NCBI GenBank assembly: GCA_043812935.1
Contig: JBDRLO010000040.1
Span: 7,779-71,778, forward strand
DNA length: 64,000 bases
From: Candidatus Omnitrophota bacterium
GTDB taxonomy: Bacteria > Omnitrophota > Gorgyraeia > Tantalellales > Tantalellaceae
Direction: 5' to 3'
Part shown: positions 47,590-56,181 of the stretch, piece by piece
Numbering within the stretch: the stretch's first letter is position 1
Layout: each line of letters starts with the position of its first letter
The notes under the pieces: generated by a model
Database searches by the model: none
What the model saw: the letters and a program-made list of their open reading frames with translations, nothing else
What the model was told of the DNA's origin: nothing
Made by a program: the position numbers and the translations under genes

Positions 47590-48561
47590 CTACGCTTTCC
47601 CTGCGCTGCCAAGCACGTTTTCATTCTTATGCTTATACATTTTGATAAGTTCGTCCCGCGCAGGGCCAAGATATTTTCTCGGATCGAATTCTTTTGGACT
47701 AGTCGCAAAAACTTCTCTTATCTTCGCGGTCATGGCAAGCCGGCCGTCACTATCAATATTGATTTTACATACTGCAGATTCCGCGGCTTTGCGAAGCTGA
47801 TTTTCCGGAACACCTACGGCATTTTCCAAATTTCCGCCGTATTTATTTATCATTTCTACATATTCCGGCATAACAGAACTCGCGCCATGCAAAACTATCG
47901 AAAACCCCGGAAGCCTTTTTTCAACTTCGTACAAAATATCAAATTTTAACGGCGGAACTTCTTCACCTGGAGCAACTTTGAACTTATAAGCGCCATGCGA
48001 TGTTCCAATAGATATGGCTAAACTATCTACCCCGGTTTTTCCGACAAATTCTTCGACTTCTTCGGGTTTAGTATAATGTGTTTCTTCATGGCTAACCTCA
48101 TCTTCTATCCCTGCTAAAACACCAAGTTCACCTTCAACCGTAACATCATGCTGATGCGCATACTCAACAACTTTTTTAGTAAGCGCAATATTATCTTCAA
48201 AAGAAAGGCCTGATCCGTCTATCATAACCGAAGAAAATCCGGATTCTATACAAGAAACGCAAAGTTCATAAGAATTGCCATGATCAAGATGTAAAGCAAC
48301 CGGAATATTAGAACCAGCATCTTTAATTATATCAATTGCGCCGTGAGCCATATGCCGCAACAAAATCTGATTCGCGTACTTCCGTGCGCCTGAAGAAACC
48401 TGCAAAACAACAGGAGAATTTGTTTCTATACAAGCAGTGATAATAGCCTGCAGCTGTTCCATATTATTAAAATTATATCCGGGAATTCCATATTTCCCTC
48501 CAATAGCTTTTGAATACATATCCCTAGTATTAACTAATCCTAAATCTTTGTAACTATGCAT
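47590..48561 (-). CDS. fba: class II fructose-1,6-bisphosphate aldolase
   Basis: LHLDHG, GELG and IGTSHGAYKF motifs. Confidence 0.93.
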   Translation of the reverse strand: MHSYKDLGLVNTRDMYSKAIGGKYGIPGYNFNNMEQLQAIITACIETNSPVVLQVSSGARKYANQILLRHMAHGAIDIIKDAGSNIPVALHLDHGNSYELCVSCIESGFSSVMIDGSGLSFEDNIALTKKVVEYAHQHDVTVEGELGVLAGIEDEVSHEETHYTKPEEVEEFVGKTGVDSLAISIGTSHGAYKFKVAPGEEVPPLKFDILYEVEKRLPGFSIVLHGASSVMPEYVEMINKYGGNLENAVGVPENQLRKAAESAVCKINIDSDGRLAMTAKIREVFATSPKEFDPRKYLGPARDELIKMYKHKNENVLGSAGKA

Positions 48562-48672
48562 ATCCCGCTCCTCTTTTTTTTGTTGTTAAAACCTATAATT
48601 AACCATACTTTTATACAATAAAAGCATTTTATCAAGTTTTAGTAACAATACAAGACAAAAAAAGCATTTATT

Positions 48673-48719
48673 AAAAAAAAAACGAGGCCGGATCAGAACT
48701 TGTTACTGATCCGGCCTCG
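48673..48719 (-). terminator. Rho-independent terminator ending the redox supercluster
   Basis: 14-bp perfect GC-rich stem CGAGGCCGGATCAG / CTGATCCGGCCTCG, 9-nt loop, followed on the minus strand by U10. Confidence 0.88.
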
Positions 48720-48753
48720 GGCTCTTTGAGTTAACATATTATATTTACAACAG

Positions 48754-49044
48754 TTAAGTCTCTTCAGTATACCATATATTGCTTAAATATTTGTCGGGAT
48801 TCTCATCAAATTCTTCAATAGCGTCCGGAGAAGAAAACCCTATGGTTTTGCCGTTATACTCTGTCCGGTAAGGTGTACATTTATCAACAGCCCCTCCAGT
48901 AACCGGACAAAAATCATTATCCACATCCTCTGTATAAACATCTTCATCAAGTGATGCCTGTAACTGGTCATCCGCGAAACATGCCGGAGATAAACAAAAC
49001 CCCGTCAAAACCATACTTAGAACCAGCAGTTTGATTATACGCAT
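48754..49044 (-). CDS. small secreted protein with a YHS/TRASH-like metal-binding domain
   Basis: Signal peptide, then CPVTGGAV...YNGKTIGFSSPDAIEEFDENPDKYL, resembling a YHS domain. Confidence 0.55.
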   Translation of the reverse strand: MRIIKLLVLSMVLTGFCLSPACFADDQLQASLDEDVYTEDVDNDFCPVTGGAVDKCTPYRTEYNGKTIGFSSPDAIEEFDENPDKYLSNIWYTEET

Positions 49045-49071
49045 ATACCACTCTCCTTAATTTACAAACCA

Positions 49072-49560
49072 TTAGAATCCTACTTTGTTTTCCAAATCAA
49101 CTATACTTGTACCTCTATATAAAACTTTTTTATTTTTATCTATCGCAATTACGGTTGGAATCCCGCTTACACCATAATTATTGCTTACTGCCGCGGTAGA
49201 ATCAATCACAACAGGGTATTCAACTCTTCTTTTTCTCATAAAACTCTCAACTTTTTCTCTAGGTTCCTGTATATCAATTGCAATTACTGAAACTTTATCT
49301 TTATTTTTCAAATAAAAATCATTTACCTGCGGAACTGATGATACACAATGCGGGCACCATGTAGCAAAAAAGACTAAAACAACTTTTTTTATTTTAAGTT
49401 CATCTGCCAAAGTTATTCTATCACCTTTCAACGTTTCTAATGTAAAATCCGGAGCATTCTGCCCCGGAGAAACAGGCTGCGCGCATACCGAAATGCATAG
49501 AGTTAAAATAAAAACCGTTATTACACCCGATACGAATCTTCTAATATTTATTCTTTTCAT
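49072..49560 (-). CDS. TlpA/ResA-like periplasmic thiol-disulfide oxidoreductase
   Basis: Signal anchor plus FFATWCPHC thioredoxin motif. Confidence 0.85.
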   Translation of the reverse strand: MKRINIRRFVSGVITVFILTLCISVCAQPVSPGQNAPDFTLETLKGDRITLADELKIKKVVLVFFATWCPHCVSSVPQVNDFYLKNKDKVSVIAIDIQEPREKVESFMRKRRVEYPVVIDSTAAVSNNYGVSGIPTVIAIDKNKKVLYRGTSIVDLENKVGF

Positions 49561-49584
49561 TATTCTTCCTTTCTGCTTATCACA

Positions 49585-50286
49585 TTATAAACTTAAAATA
49601 CCTGCCTTAAATATAAAATACTCTCCTACCAGAATCATAACAAAAGCAAATACTTTTTGTACAGCTTTCATTATTTTTTCTGAACGCGGAATTGACGCAA
49701 GAAGCCCGCTAAACGTTCCAATAATTACGAGAAGCGTTCCCAGCCCCATCGCATAAACAAAAAGTAACGACGCGCCTAAACCCACGTTTTGCGTAGTCGC
49801 TACAAAAGCTAATAAAGCCCCCAAAATAGCCGCCGCGCAAGGAGAAGCAATCAGACCGGAAATCATCCCCATAAATAACACGGAAAAAACACCATGACTT
49901 TTAGTGATTTTTCCAAGACCGACTCTGCTTAATAAAAATATAGGCAAATGTATTACATCTAGAAGAACCAATGCGAAAAAAATAATCACATTTCCTACAA
50001 TTAAACAAGTAATGGGGTTGGACTGCACTTGTCCAAAGAGCCTACCGGTTACTGCGGCAATGGTTCCAAGAACGGAAAAAGTAATAGCCATGCCAAAAAC
50101 ATATATTAGTGAAAGCAAAAAACCCCGCAAACGCGATTTGCCTCCCTGCACACCTCCGATCACACTGGCAACAATAGGAATAAGCGGGAAAATACACGGC
50201 GTAAAAGAAGTCATAACTCCGGCTAAAAAAACAACTATATAAGTCAATAACGATATATTATTTAAATAATACGCGATATCTTCCAT
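49585..50286 (-). CDS. ccdA: CcdA/DsbD-type transmembrane thiol-disulfide electron transporter
   Basis: FTPCIFPLIP and SPCAAAIL Cys motifs; 6 TM segments. Confidence 0.85.
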   Translation of the reverse strand: MEDIAYYLNNISLLTYIVVFLAGVMTSFTPCIFPLIPIVASVIGGVQGGKSRLRGFLLSLIYVFGMAITFSVLGTIAAVTGRLFGQVQSNPITCLIVGNVIIFFALVLLDVIHLPIFLLSRVGLGKITKSHGVFSVLFMGMISGLIASPCAAAILGALLAFVATTQNVGLGASLLFVYAMGLGTLLVIIGTFSGLLASIPRSEKIMKAVQKVFAFVMILVGEYFIFKAGILSL

Positions 50287-50304
50287 GAAATACCCTCTCT
50301 TTGT

Positions 50305-51345
50305 TTATAACATACGTTTTGAATTACTAAAAAGATTATATCCTATCAAGAGCAATAAAACTATACTTGAAATCATACGAACTTCAGCCGGAATTAATAT
50401 ACGATGGTGCAGCATTAATTTAAATAATTCTTCTTTATAAAAATAAAAATAGATTTTGTTAAGAACAATTCCTAATACAATGCTACTCACAATTATAGAC
50501 CCTAAATACACGATAAGCGCTTTGATCCCCATGTTTTTAGCTACAACCGTCATTGTCACAATATTGGTAGCCGGACCCGCGACTAAAAAAACAAAAGCCG
50601 CGCCGGGATCCATACCTTTTATCATAAGCGCAGCGGCTATCGGGATTGAAGCTGTCGCGCATACATACATAGGAATGCCTACAAGAAGCATAACAAACAT
50701 CGCTTTAAACCCTGACCCTAAATATGTATTTATAAATGTTTCCGGAACAAAATAAGTAATAATTCCTCCGATTAATATACCTGCCAATAACGCTTTACCG
50801 CTGTCCTTTAGGAGATCTCCAAACGCGTAACTAAATACACCTTTTAGTTTGTATCCCAAACCATGCGAATGAATATCTTCTGTTCCGCAAATTTTACAAA
50901 CGGTATTATTCTTTTCAAATGGAGCATCTGTCTCTTTTATCAATAAATTGGCCGCAACTCCTGACAAGACTCCTGTAACAAACGATGCAATGATTCTATA
51001 CAACGTAAAAAATCCCCCTAAAAGAGAATATGTCGCGAAAATAGAATCAACTCCCGTTGTCGGCGTTGAAATAAGAAACGATAATACCGCTCCCCTTGCC
51101 GCACCTTCCTTCCTTAGCGACATTGCCGCGGGAATAACTGAACAGGAACAAAGCGGAAGCGGAATCCCGAACAAAGAAGCTTTTATTACCGCTAAAAAAC
51201 TATTATGCCCTAAATGGCGGCTTATGGATTTGGTATCAATAAACACATGCAAAATTCCGGCAAAAATAAAACCGAACAAAAGATACGGTGACATTTCGTT
51301 AAACAAAATATACGCTTCTCTTATTATTCCCAGAAGTGTTTTCAT
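50305..51345 (-). CDS. DUF318/ArsP-like permease with vicinal cysteines
   Basis: FGIPLPLCSCSVIP motif, a CKICGTEDIHSHG loop, and a two-repeat polytopic topology. Confidence 0.7.
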   Translation of the reverse strand: MKTLLGIIREAYILFNEMSPYLLFGFIFAGILHVFIDTKSISRHLGHNSFLAVIKASLFGIPLPLCSCSVIPAAMSLRKEGAARGAVLSFLISTPTTGVDSIFATYSLLGGFFTLYRIIASFVTGVLSGVAANLLIKETDAPFEKNNTVCKICGTEDIHSHGLGYKLKGVFSYAFGDLLKDSGKALLAGILIGGIITYFVPETFINTYLGSGFKAMFVMLLVGIPMYVCATASIPIAAALMIKGMDPGAAFVFLVAGPATNIVTMTVVAKNMGIKALIVYLGSIIVSSIVLGIVLNKIYFYFYKEELFKLMLHHRILIPAEVRMISSIVLLLLIGYNLFSNSKRML

Positions 51346-51378
51346 GGCATCCTTTGGCGTTACTGTCCTTTTTGTCCT

Positions 51379-52020
51379 TTATTTAAAGATACTACCCGTT
51401 TCATTAGACCAAAACAAAAGATCAAGCTCATCCGGAGGAATCTTAATACTTTTTGAGAATCTAATGAATTTTTCTTCCAGTTTTAGATATGCCTTTTTTG
51501 AAATAGTTTTAGGAGTTTTATTAATAACTTTATATTTTTCCAGGTTCCGTAATACATGAACATCTAATATCGCTAGTTTTTTCCCAAACCCAATATTTCT
51601 CAAAAAATGACTTGCTTCCTTAAACCCAATTCCTTTAACATTCTTCACAAACCATTCTCTTGTTGCCGGAATATTATTTATGTTCACTTTATCTTTTATT
51701 TTCAATTTTCCATTAACATTAAAAAGTTTTCGCGATTCAAAGATATAACCGGCTTTGTTAGTAGGAAACCTTACGCCCCTCAACCCTGCCTTAAGTTCCC
51801 GTAGAGTCCCATTAAAAAGAATTCTTTTTCTTGTCAGCGTTTGAACCGCTTTATCACACTGCGCCGCTCTTGACTGGGGCGTACATATACAGAAACATAA
51901 TTCGCTAAATACTGCCTCATCCGGCTGTTTCCACTTATTTTTAAACTCTTTTAACCGTTTTTGTATTTCACTTTTCTTTTTTTTATATTTCCCTGTTAAA
52001 TCTTTTGTTATTTCAGGCAT
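51379..52020 (-). CDS. ogg: 8-oxoguanine DNA glycosylase/AP lyase (Ogg2-type HhH-GPD)
   Basis: ELCFCICTPQS, GVRFPNKAGYI-like, and HhH GIGFKEASHFLRNIG with downstream ILDVH. Confidence 0.8.
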   Translation of the reverse strand: MPEITKDLTGKYKKKKSEIQKRLKEFKNKWKQPDEAVFSELCFCICTPQSRAAQCDKAVQTLTRKRILFNGTLRELKAGLRGVRFPTNKAGYIFESRKLFNVNGKLKIKDKVNINNIPATREWFVKNVKGIGFKEASHFLRNIGFGKKLAILDVHVLRNLEKYKVINKTPKTISKKAYLKLEEKFIRFSKSIKIPPDELDLLFWSNETGSIFK

Positions 52021-52196
52021 TCTATAAGTTCCTCGGCAATTTTAATATGTTCAATTTCATCGTCGCGTATTTCTATTAACTGTTCTTTTATATCTTCCGT
52101 TTCTACTTGTTCTATATAGTGATCATAAAAATATTTGGCTCTTCTTTCCATCTCTAATATTTCTTTAAACTGTTTTAAAAGCATTTCAGTAGTCAT
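52008..52196 (-). CDS. small two-helix protein with an ExxH half-site (ferritin-like half domain?)
   Basis: 62 aa; EMERRAKYFYDHY and DDEIEHIKIAEEL. Overlaps both neighbouring genes (translational-coupling type overlaps). Confidence 0.5.
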   Translation of the reverse strand: MTTEMLLKQFKEILEMERRAKYFYDHYIEQVETEDIKEQLIEIRDDEIEHIKIAEELIECLK

Positions 52197-52428
52197 TTTT
52201 TGTGTCCTTTTCTATTCTATCCGCGATCTTCTCAATAATTTCTCCATGGCGGGATGAATCCTTATACAACTTGGTTAAGCTTTTTCGTATTTTACTTTTA
52301 GCCTCTTCGCTTAAACTCTCAGTTTCATTTACTACAGCTTTAGAAAAATTAGCAAAAAAAGTAACCATGCTTTCTTCCACATGTTTCATCTCGTTTATCC
52401 CGGCAAGCAATCTTTGTTTGCTTATCAT
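52186..52428 (-). CDS. small helical protein, unknown function
   Basis: 80 aa, predicted all-helical (HVEESMVTFF, SSRHGEIIEKI). 11-nt overlap with the next ORF. Confidence 0.45.
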   Translation of the reverse strand: MISKQRLLAGINEMKHVEESMVTFFANFSKAVVNETESLSEEAKSKIRKSLTKLYKDSSRHGEIIEKIADRIEKDTKNDY

Positions 52429-52432
52429 TTAT

Positions 52433-53344
52433 CTATCCTCTTTTATTTAAAAATCTGAATACTTCAAGCGCGGCTTTCGCGCCTTCACCCGCGGCAATAA
52501 TTATCTGTTTTTGAGCGACATTAGTAACGTCACCTGCCGCGAAAATTCCGGGAACACTTGTTTCAGTCCGGCAATTAACAACAATTTCACCATGTTTATT
52601 CTTTTCTATATCTTTTATAAATTCAGAATTCGGAATAAGGCCAATCTCCACGAAAACCCCTTGTACCGACAATTCTTTTTGAGACCCGTTCTTTCTATAC
52701 TTTAATCCTTGAACCAGTTTCTGCCCAAAAATTTCCGTTACTTCCGCGCTGTTTATTGCCGAAAACCTATCTGCTTTCATTAGTTTTTCCCGCATAACAG
52801 CGTCACCACCAAGTTCTGACGTAATATTTATAACATAAACTTTTTTCGCGATTTTTACAAGCTGTAACCCGGCATCAAGCGCAGAATTGCCTCCTCCTAT
52901 CACAGCAACGTCTTTGGATTCAAAAAGCGGACCGTCACAAGTAGCGCAATATGTTAAACCTTTATTTTTAAACTCTTTTTCGCCCGGAACCCCAAGTTCT
53001 TTCGACTTTTTGCCTGAAGCTATTATTGCTGTTTTAGCAAAATAGGTATTTTTATTCGTTTGGACGCAAACAACTTCATCTTCTTTCCACAATTTTATTA
53101 CAGGTTCATTTTCTTTCACCTCAATAGCGTATTTTTTCATATGTTCTTCAAACTTAGACGCTAGTTCAATTCCTGTAATAAACTGATATCCCGTATAGTT
53201 TTCAATATCACCGCTCCATGCCGTCTGCCCGCCTATATCACCTGTAACAACAAGACAATCCATCTTTTTCCGGGAAGCATAAACCGCCGCGGTTATACCC
53301 GCAGGCCCTGCTCCTAGAATAATTAAATCATATATTTTTTTCAT
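52433..53344 (-). CDS. trxB: thioredoxin-disulfide reductase-like flavoprotein
   Basis: LIILGAGPAGITAAVYA, redox CATCDGPLF, VIGGGNSALDAG and AAGDV motifs. Confidence 0.85.
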   Translation of the reverse strand: MKKIYDLIILGAGPAGITAAVYASRKKMDCLVVTGDIGGQTAWSGDIENYTGYQFITGIELASKFEEHMKKYAIEVKENEPVIKLWKEDEVVCVQTNKNTYFAKTAIIASGKKSKELGVPGEKEFKNKGLTYCATCDGPLFESKDVAVIGGGNSALDAGLQLVKIAKKVYVINITSELGGDAVMREKLMKADRFSAINSAEVTEIFGQKLVQGLKYRKNGSQKELSVQGVFVEIGLIPNSEFIKDIEKNKHGEIVVNCRTETSVPGIFAAGDVTNVAQKQIIIAAGEGAKAALEVFRFLNKRG

Positions 53345-53427
53345 ATTTATCTACATTTCAGGTTCCACGCCACACACTACACGTTTTGCATCCAGTACAA
53401 CCCCGGGGATTGTCTTACAAATTGTCC

Positions 53428-53493
53428 GGGCGGGGAAACCCCGCCCCTACACTACAAAAACGGCTAACCGGCGAACCAATCAACCAGCCAGCC
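53428..53493 (-). repeat. composite post-stop element (8-nt array overlapping the grx 3-prime end plus REP palindrome)
   Basis: Minus strand GGCTGGCT GGTTGATT GGTTCGCC GGTTAGCC G TTTTTGTAGTGTAGGGGCGGGGTTTCCCCGCCC. Confidence 0.75.
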
Positions 53494-53719
53494 CTAATGC
53501 TTGTTTAATTTTATCTTTATCAAAACCTACGATAATTTCACCTTCAATATCTATAACCGGCACTCCCATTTGCCCGGTTTTTTCAACGACTTCCTGAAGC
53601 CGAGCCTGGTCCGCGGCAACATCTATATCTTCAAAAGGTATATTTTGATCCTTAAAAAACTGTTTTGCTTTTACGCAAAACGGACATGCTGCCGTTCCGT
53701 ATACTTTAACATTCTTCAT
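53480..53719 (-). CDS. glutaredoxin-like protein (YruB/NrdH type)
   Basis: 79 aa; VYGTAACPFC active site and GVPVI motif. Confidence 0.85.
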   Translation of the reverse strand: MKNVKVYGTAACPFCVKAKQFFKDQNIPFEDIDVAADQARLQEVVEKTGQMGVPVIDIEGEIIVGFDKDKIKQALGLAG

Positions 53720-54191
53720 TTCTCCCCCTTAATTCACAAAGTTTTTTTAAATGATTTTTTTCCTCTTGAACAAGCTTATCTATAAGCCTCCGGTCATTTT
53801 CCGAAACCATTTGACGCATACCTTCATAGAAAAGAATCGAATCCTTTTCAAACCCAATACCCAGTTTCAATGCCTCATCAGAGTTTTTCAACTTTTCTGC
53901 AACTGTTTTTCCTGTATTTTTCCGGGTAAAAACATATTGCGATGCTAACGCGTTCATATACGCGAAATATTCGTCAGGATAGGCTTCTTTAGGAACATAG
54001 CTGCATGCTGTCGCAAAAATATCATTAAATATTTCTACGTGTTTTTCTTCTTCAGTCTCGAGGCATTTAAAAACTTCTCCTGCGGGTTCCTTTTTAAACT
54101 TCTCTGAAAGTTCCGAATAAAACTCTTTCCCGTTTTTTTCTATCTGTATTCCCATTTCAATTATTTCACACCCTGAAAAATGTTTTTGCAT
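53706..54191 (-). CDS. ferritin-like diiron protein (rubrerythrin-type domain without the rubredoxin tail)
   Basis: Ligand pattern E..., EEEKHVEIF, FEKDSILFY, EEKNHLKKL. Confidence 0.75.
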   Translation of the reverse strand: MQKHFSGCEIIEMGIQIEKNGKEFYSELSEKFKKEPAGEVFKCLETEEEKHVEIFNDIFATACSYVPKEAYPDEYFAYMNALASQYVFTRKNTGKTVAEKLKNSDEALKLGIGFEKDSILFYEGMRQMVSENDRRLIDKLVQEEKNHLKKLCELRGRNEEC

Positions 54192-54226
54192 TTATGTCTC
54201 CGTTTCTTTTCAAAAACAAACATTTA

Positions 54227-54802
54227 TCAATACGTTTCACAGAAAACTTCATAATAACTCTGCGGATGCGCGCATGCAGGACACTCTTCCGGAGCTGCTT
54301 TTCCTGTATGTATATACCCGCAATTCCGGCACTTCCATTTTACTACGGTATCTTTTTCAAAAACCTTGTTTTCTTTAACATTTTTCAATAATTTACGATA
54401 CCTTGCTTCGTGCTGTTCTTCAACTTCCGCGATTTCTTTAAAAACATCCGCGATTTCCGTGAATCCTTCTTCTCTGGCAATACTCTCGGCATTCTTATAA
54501 AGAGTTGTCCATTCCAGGTTTTCACCATTTGCCGCGGCTTTAAGATTTGCAGGTGTATCTCCTATAACACCTGCCGGATACGCCGCCTGTATTTCGATTT
54601 CTCCGCCTTCCAAAAATTTAAAAAACCTTTTTGCGTGTTCTTTTTCATTGTCAGCTGTCTCAAGAAATATAGCCGCAATTTGTTCATATCCGGCTTTACG
54701 CGCCACACTGGCAAAATAAGTGTATCTGTTTCTTGCCTGTGATTCCCCGGCAAAAGATGCAAGAAGGTTTTTTTCTGTTTTTGTCCCTTTTATGCTGTTC
54801 AT
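54227..54802 (-). CDS. rbr: rubrerythrin
   Basis: KGTKTEKNLLASFAGESQARNRY, EKEHAK, and the C-terminal CRNCGY...CPACAHP rubredoxin-like domain. Confidence 0.93.
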   Translation of the reverse strand: MNSIKGTKTEKNLLASFAGESQARNRYTYFASVARKAGYEQIAAIFLETADNEKEHAKRFFKFLEGGEIEIQAAYPAGVIGDTPANLKAAANGENLEWTTLYKNAESIAREEGFTEIADVFKEIAEVEEQHEARYRKLLKNVKENKVFEKDTVVKWKCRNCGYIHTGKAAPEECPACAHPQSYYEVFCETY

Positions 54803-54823
54803 AATCGCACTCCTTTATTTTAT

Positions 54824-54837
54824 GTTGTATGTACAAC
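54824..54837. promoter_or_regulatory. 6-2-6 palindrome just upstream of the rbr ribosome-binding site
   Basis: GTTGTA-TG-TACAAC, 22 nt from the rbr ATG. Confidence 0.35.
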
Positions 54838-54845
54838 CTTGTACC

Positions 54846-54993
54846 GGACAGGCTCGGGGGCCTGTCCCTACACTAACTAACTGGATCGGCGTCGAAGGAC
54901 AGGCTCGGGGGCCTGTCCCTACACTAACTAACTGGATCGGCATCGAAGGACAGGCTCGGGGGCCTGTCCCTACATCAATTAACTAGCTAACTG
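54846..54993 (-). repeat. three tandem REP units (51-bp period) plus GTTAG-type tail, between dfx and rbr
   Basis: GGACAGGCTCGGGGGCCTGTCCCTAC at 54846, 54897 and 54948. The 25-nt linker ACTAACTAACTGGATCGGC(G/A)TCGAA is repeated. The tail reads ATCAATTAACTAGCTAACTG. Confidence 0.9.
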
Positions 54994-54997
54994 TTTT

Positions 54998-55375
54998 TTA
55001 TACTTTCCAGAGGCCATGCACTGTACAGAATTCTCTGACTTCCTGTATTTCTGATTTCAAAAGGCAAACTTCGGCTTCCGGAGCCTGCCCGGGTTTTAAC
55101 TCTACACGTATAACTCTATCGTCACTTAAAACCTCTATGAACTTTATATAATGTTTTTCTTCCATCGGATGCGGCACACTCCCGATTTTTACCTTTGTTC
55201 CGGCATCTGTTTCTTCCATCACGGGAACGTGTTTTTCTTTTCCTTCGTCTTCTGTTTTTGCTTCTAACTTTTTCATTGGCTCATCACAACACACCAAGGA
55301 AGGCGCACCTTCATGAGTTATTTCAACCACATTTCCGCAAATTTCACATCGATACAATTCTCTAAGCCGGGTCAT
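54998..55375 (-). CDS. dfx: desulfoferrodoxin (2Fe superoxide reductase)
   Basis: N-terminal desulforedoxin YRCEICGNVVEI...VCCDEPM. Centre II ligands KHVPV, HPMEEKHYI and CTVHGLW. Confidence 0.92.
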   Translation of the reverse strand: MTRLRELYRCEICGNVVEITHEGAPSLVCCDEPMKKLEAKTEDEGKEKHVPVMEETDAGTKVKIGSVPHPMEEKHYIKFIEVLSDDRVIRVELKPGQAPEAEVCLLKSEIQEVREFCTVHGLWKV

Positions 55376-55390
55376 AATCCCCTCCCTTTT

Positions 55391-55885
55391 TTAATCCATC
55401 GTTCGTTTTGCCAACTCTTTATCAATTATCATTAATTTCTCATTATCTTTATCAGCAGATTTAATTTTATTTAACACTGCTGCTGCATTGCTCTCTTCTT
55501 CAACCTGTTCTTTCACAAACCACTGTAAGAAATCTTCCGCGGCTTTATCGTTCTCCATCTTAGCGGTATTAATAAGATTATCTATAAGTTTTGTAACTTT
55601 TTTTTCATGACTTAAAGTTTTTTCAAAAAGATCAGTTGCAGAAGTAAAATTTTGCGGAGGCTCATCTACTGTTTTAAATATCACTCTTTCCTCTTTCGCA
55701 TTCACATACTCATATAGCTTCCTCGCATGGGCCAATTCTTCCCGTACCTGCACATTAAACCAGTTAGCTATCCCTTCTAAGCCCTTGGATTTAGCATAAC
55801 TTGCCATTGCCAAATATAAATAGGCAGAATATATCTCTTTATTTATCTGATCATTAAAATTAGCTAACAATTCAGGGCTTAACAT
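55391..55885 (-). CDS. ftn: non-heme ferritin
   Basis: LNDQINKEIYSAYLYLAMASY, EELAHARK and FLQWFVKEQVEEE motifs. Confidence 0.9.
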   Translation of the reverse strand: MLSPELLANFNDQINKEIYSAYLYLAMASYAKSKGLEGIANWFNVQVREELAHARKLYEYVNAKEERVIFKTVDEPPQNFTSATDLFEKTLSHEKKVTKLIDNLINTAKMENDKAAEDFLQWFVKEQVEEESNAAAVLNKIKSADKDNEKLMIIDKELAKRTMD

Positions 55886-55949
55886 AATAACCTTCCTTAT
55901 CCTCTATTTACTCCATATTCCCGCATTCCCGAGATTGAAGCATTATTTG

Positions 55950-56087
55950 TTACATTTCTTCAAACTGATCTTTCCCCGCACCGCATTCAGGACAAACCCA
56001 GTCTTCAGGAAGATCCGCAAATTCGACATTATCATTTTCTGATGGGTCATATACATACCCGCACACTATACATTTATATTTTTTCAT
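55950..56087 (-). CDS. rd: rubredoxin
   Basis: [15 protein letters not shown]...[16 protein letters not shown]. The listed ORF is extended to 56141, but the SD AAGGAT sits before the ATG at 56087. Confidence 0.9.
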   Translation of the reverse strand: MKKYKCIVCGYVYDPSENDNVEFADLPEDWVCPECGAGKDQFEEM

Positions 56088-56106
56088 AACTTTTATCCTT
56101 TTTTTT

Positions 56107-56151
56107 TGCGGAAAAACTGATACCGGGCGGTTAACTTGCACCCGGCATCAG
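56107..56151 (-). terminator. intrinsic-terminator-like hairpin about 20 nt upstream of the rubredoxin start codon
   Basis: Minus strand CUGAUGCCGGG-(13-nt loop)-CCCGGUAUCAG followed by UUUUU. Confidence 0.65.
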
Positions 56152-56181
56152 CCCCATTAAAGTTTAATAGACAGTTTAGCG

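Noticed and set aside
54720-54986. ORF encoding the repeated peptide GQARGPVPTLTNWIG (and the similar ORF 59753-59953)
   Set aside because: The 17-aa periodicity is just the translation of the 51-bp REP tandem. The region is intergenic between dfx and rbr.
54846-54993. CRISPR array hypothesis for the 51-bp periodic repeats
   Set aside because: The sequences between the palindromes are themselves identical (one mismatch), so there are no unique spacers. There are only three units, no cas genes, and the palindrome belongs to the dispersed REP family.
55950-56141. 63-aa version of the rubredoxin ORF starting at 56141
   Set aside because: The extension begins inside the terminator hairpin and adds a non-rubredoxin N-terminus. 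An SD precedes the internal ATG at 56087, which gives a canonical 45-aa rubredoxin.
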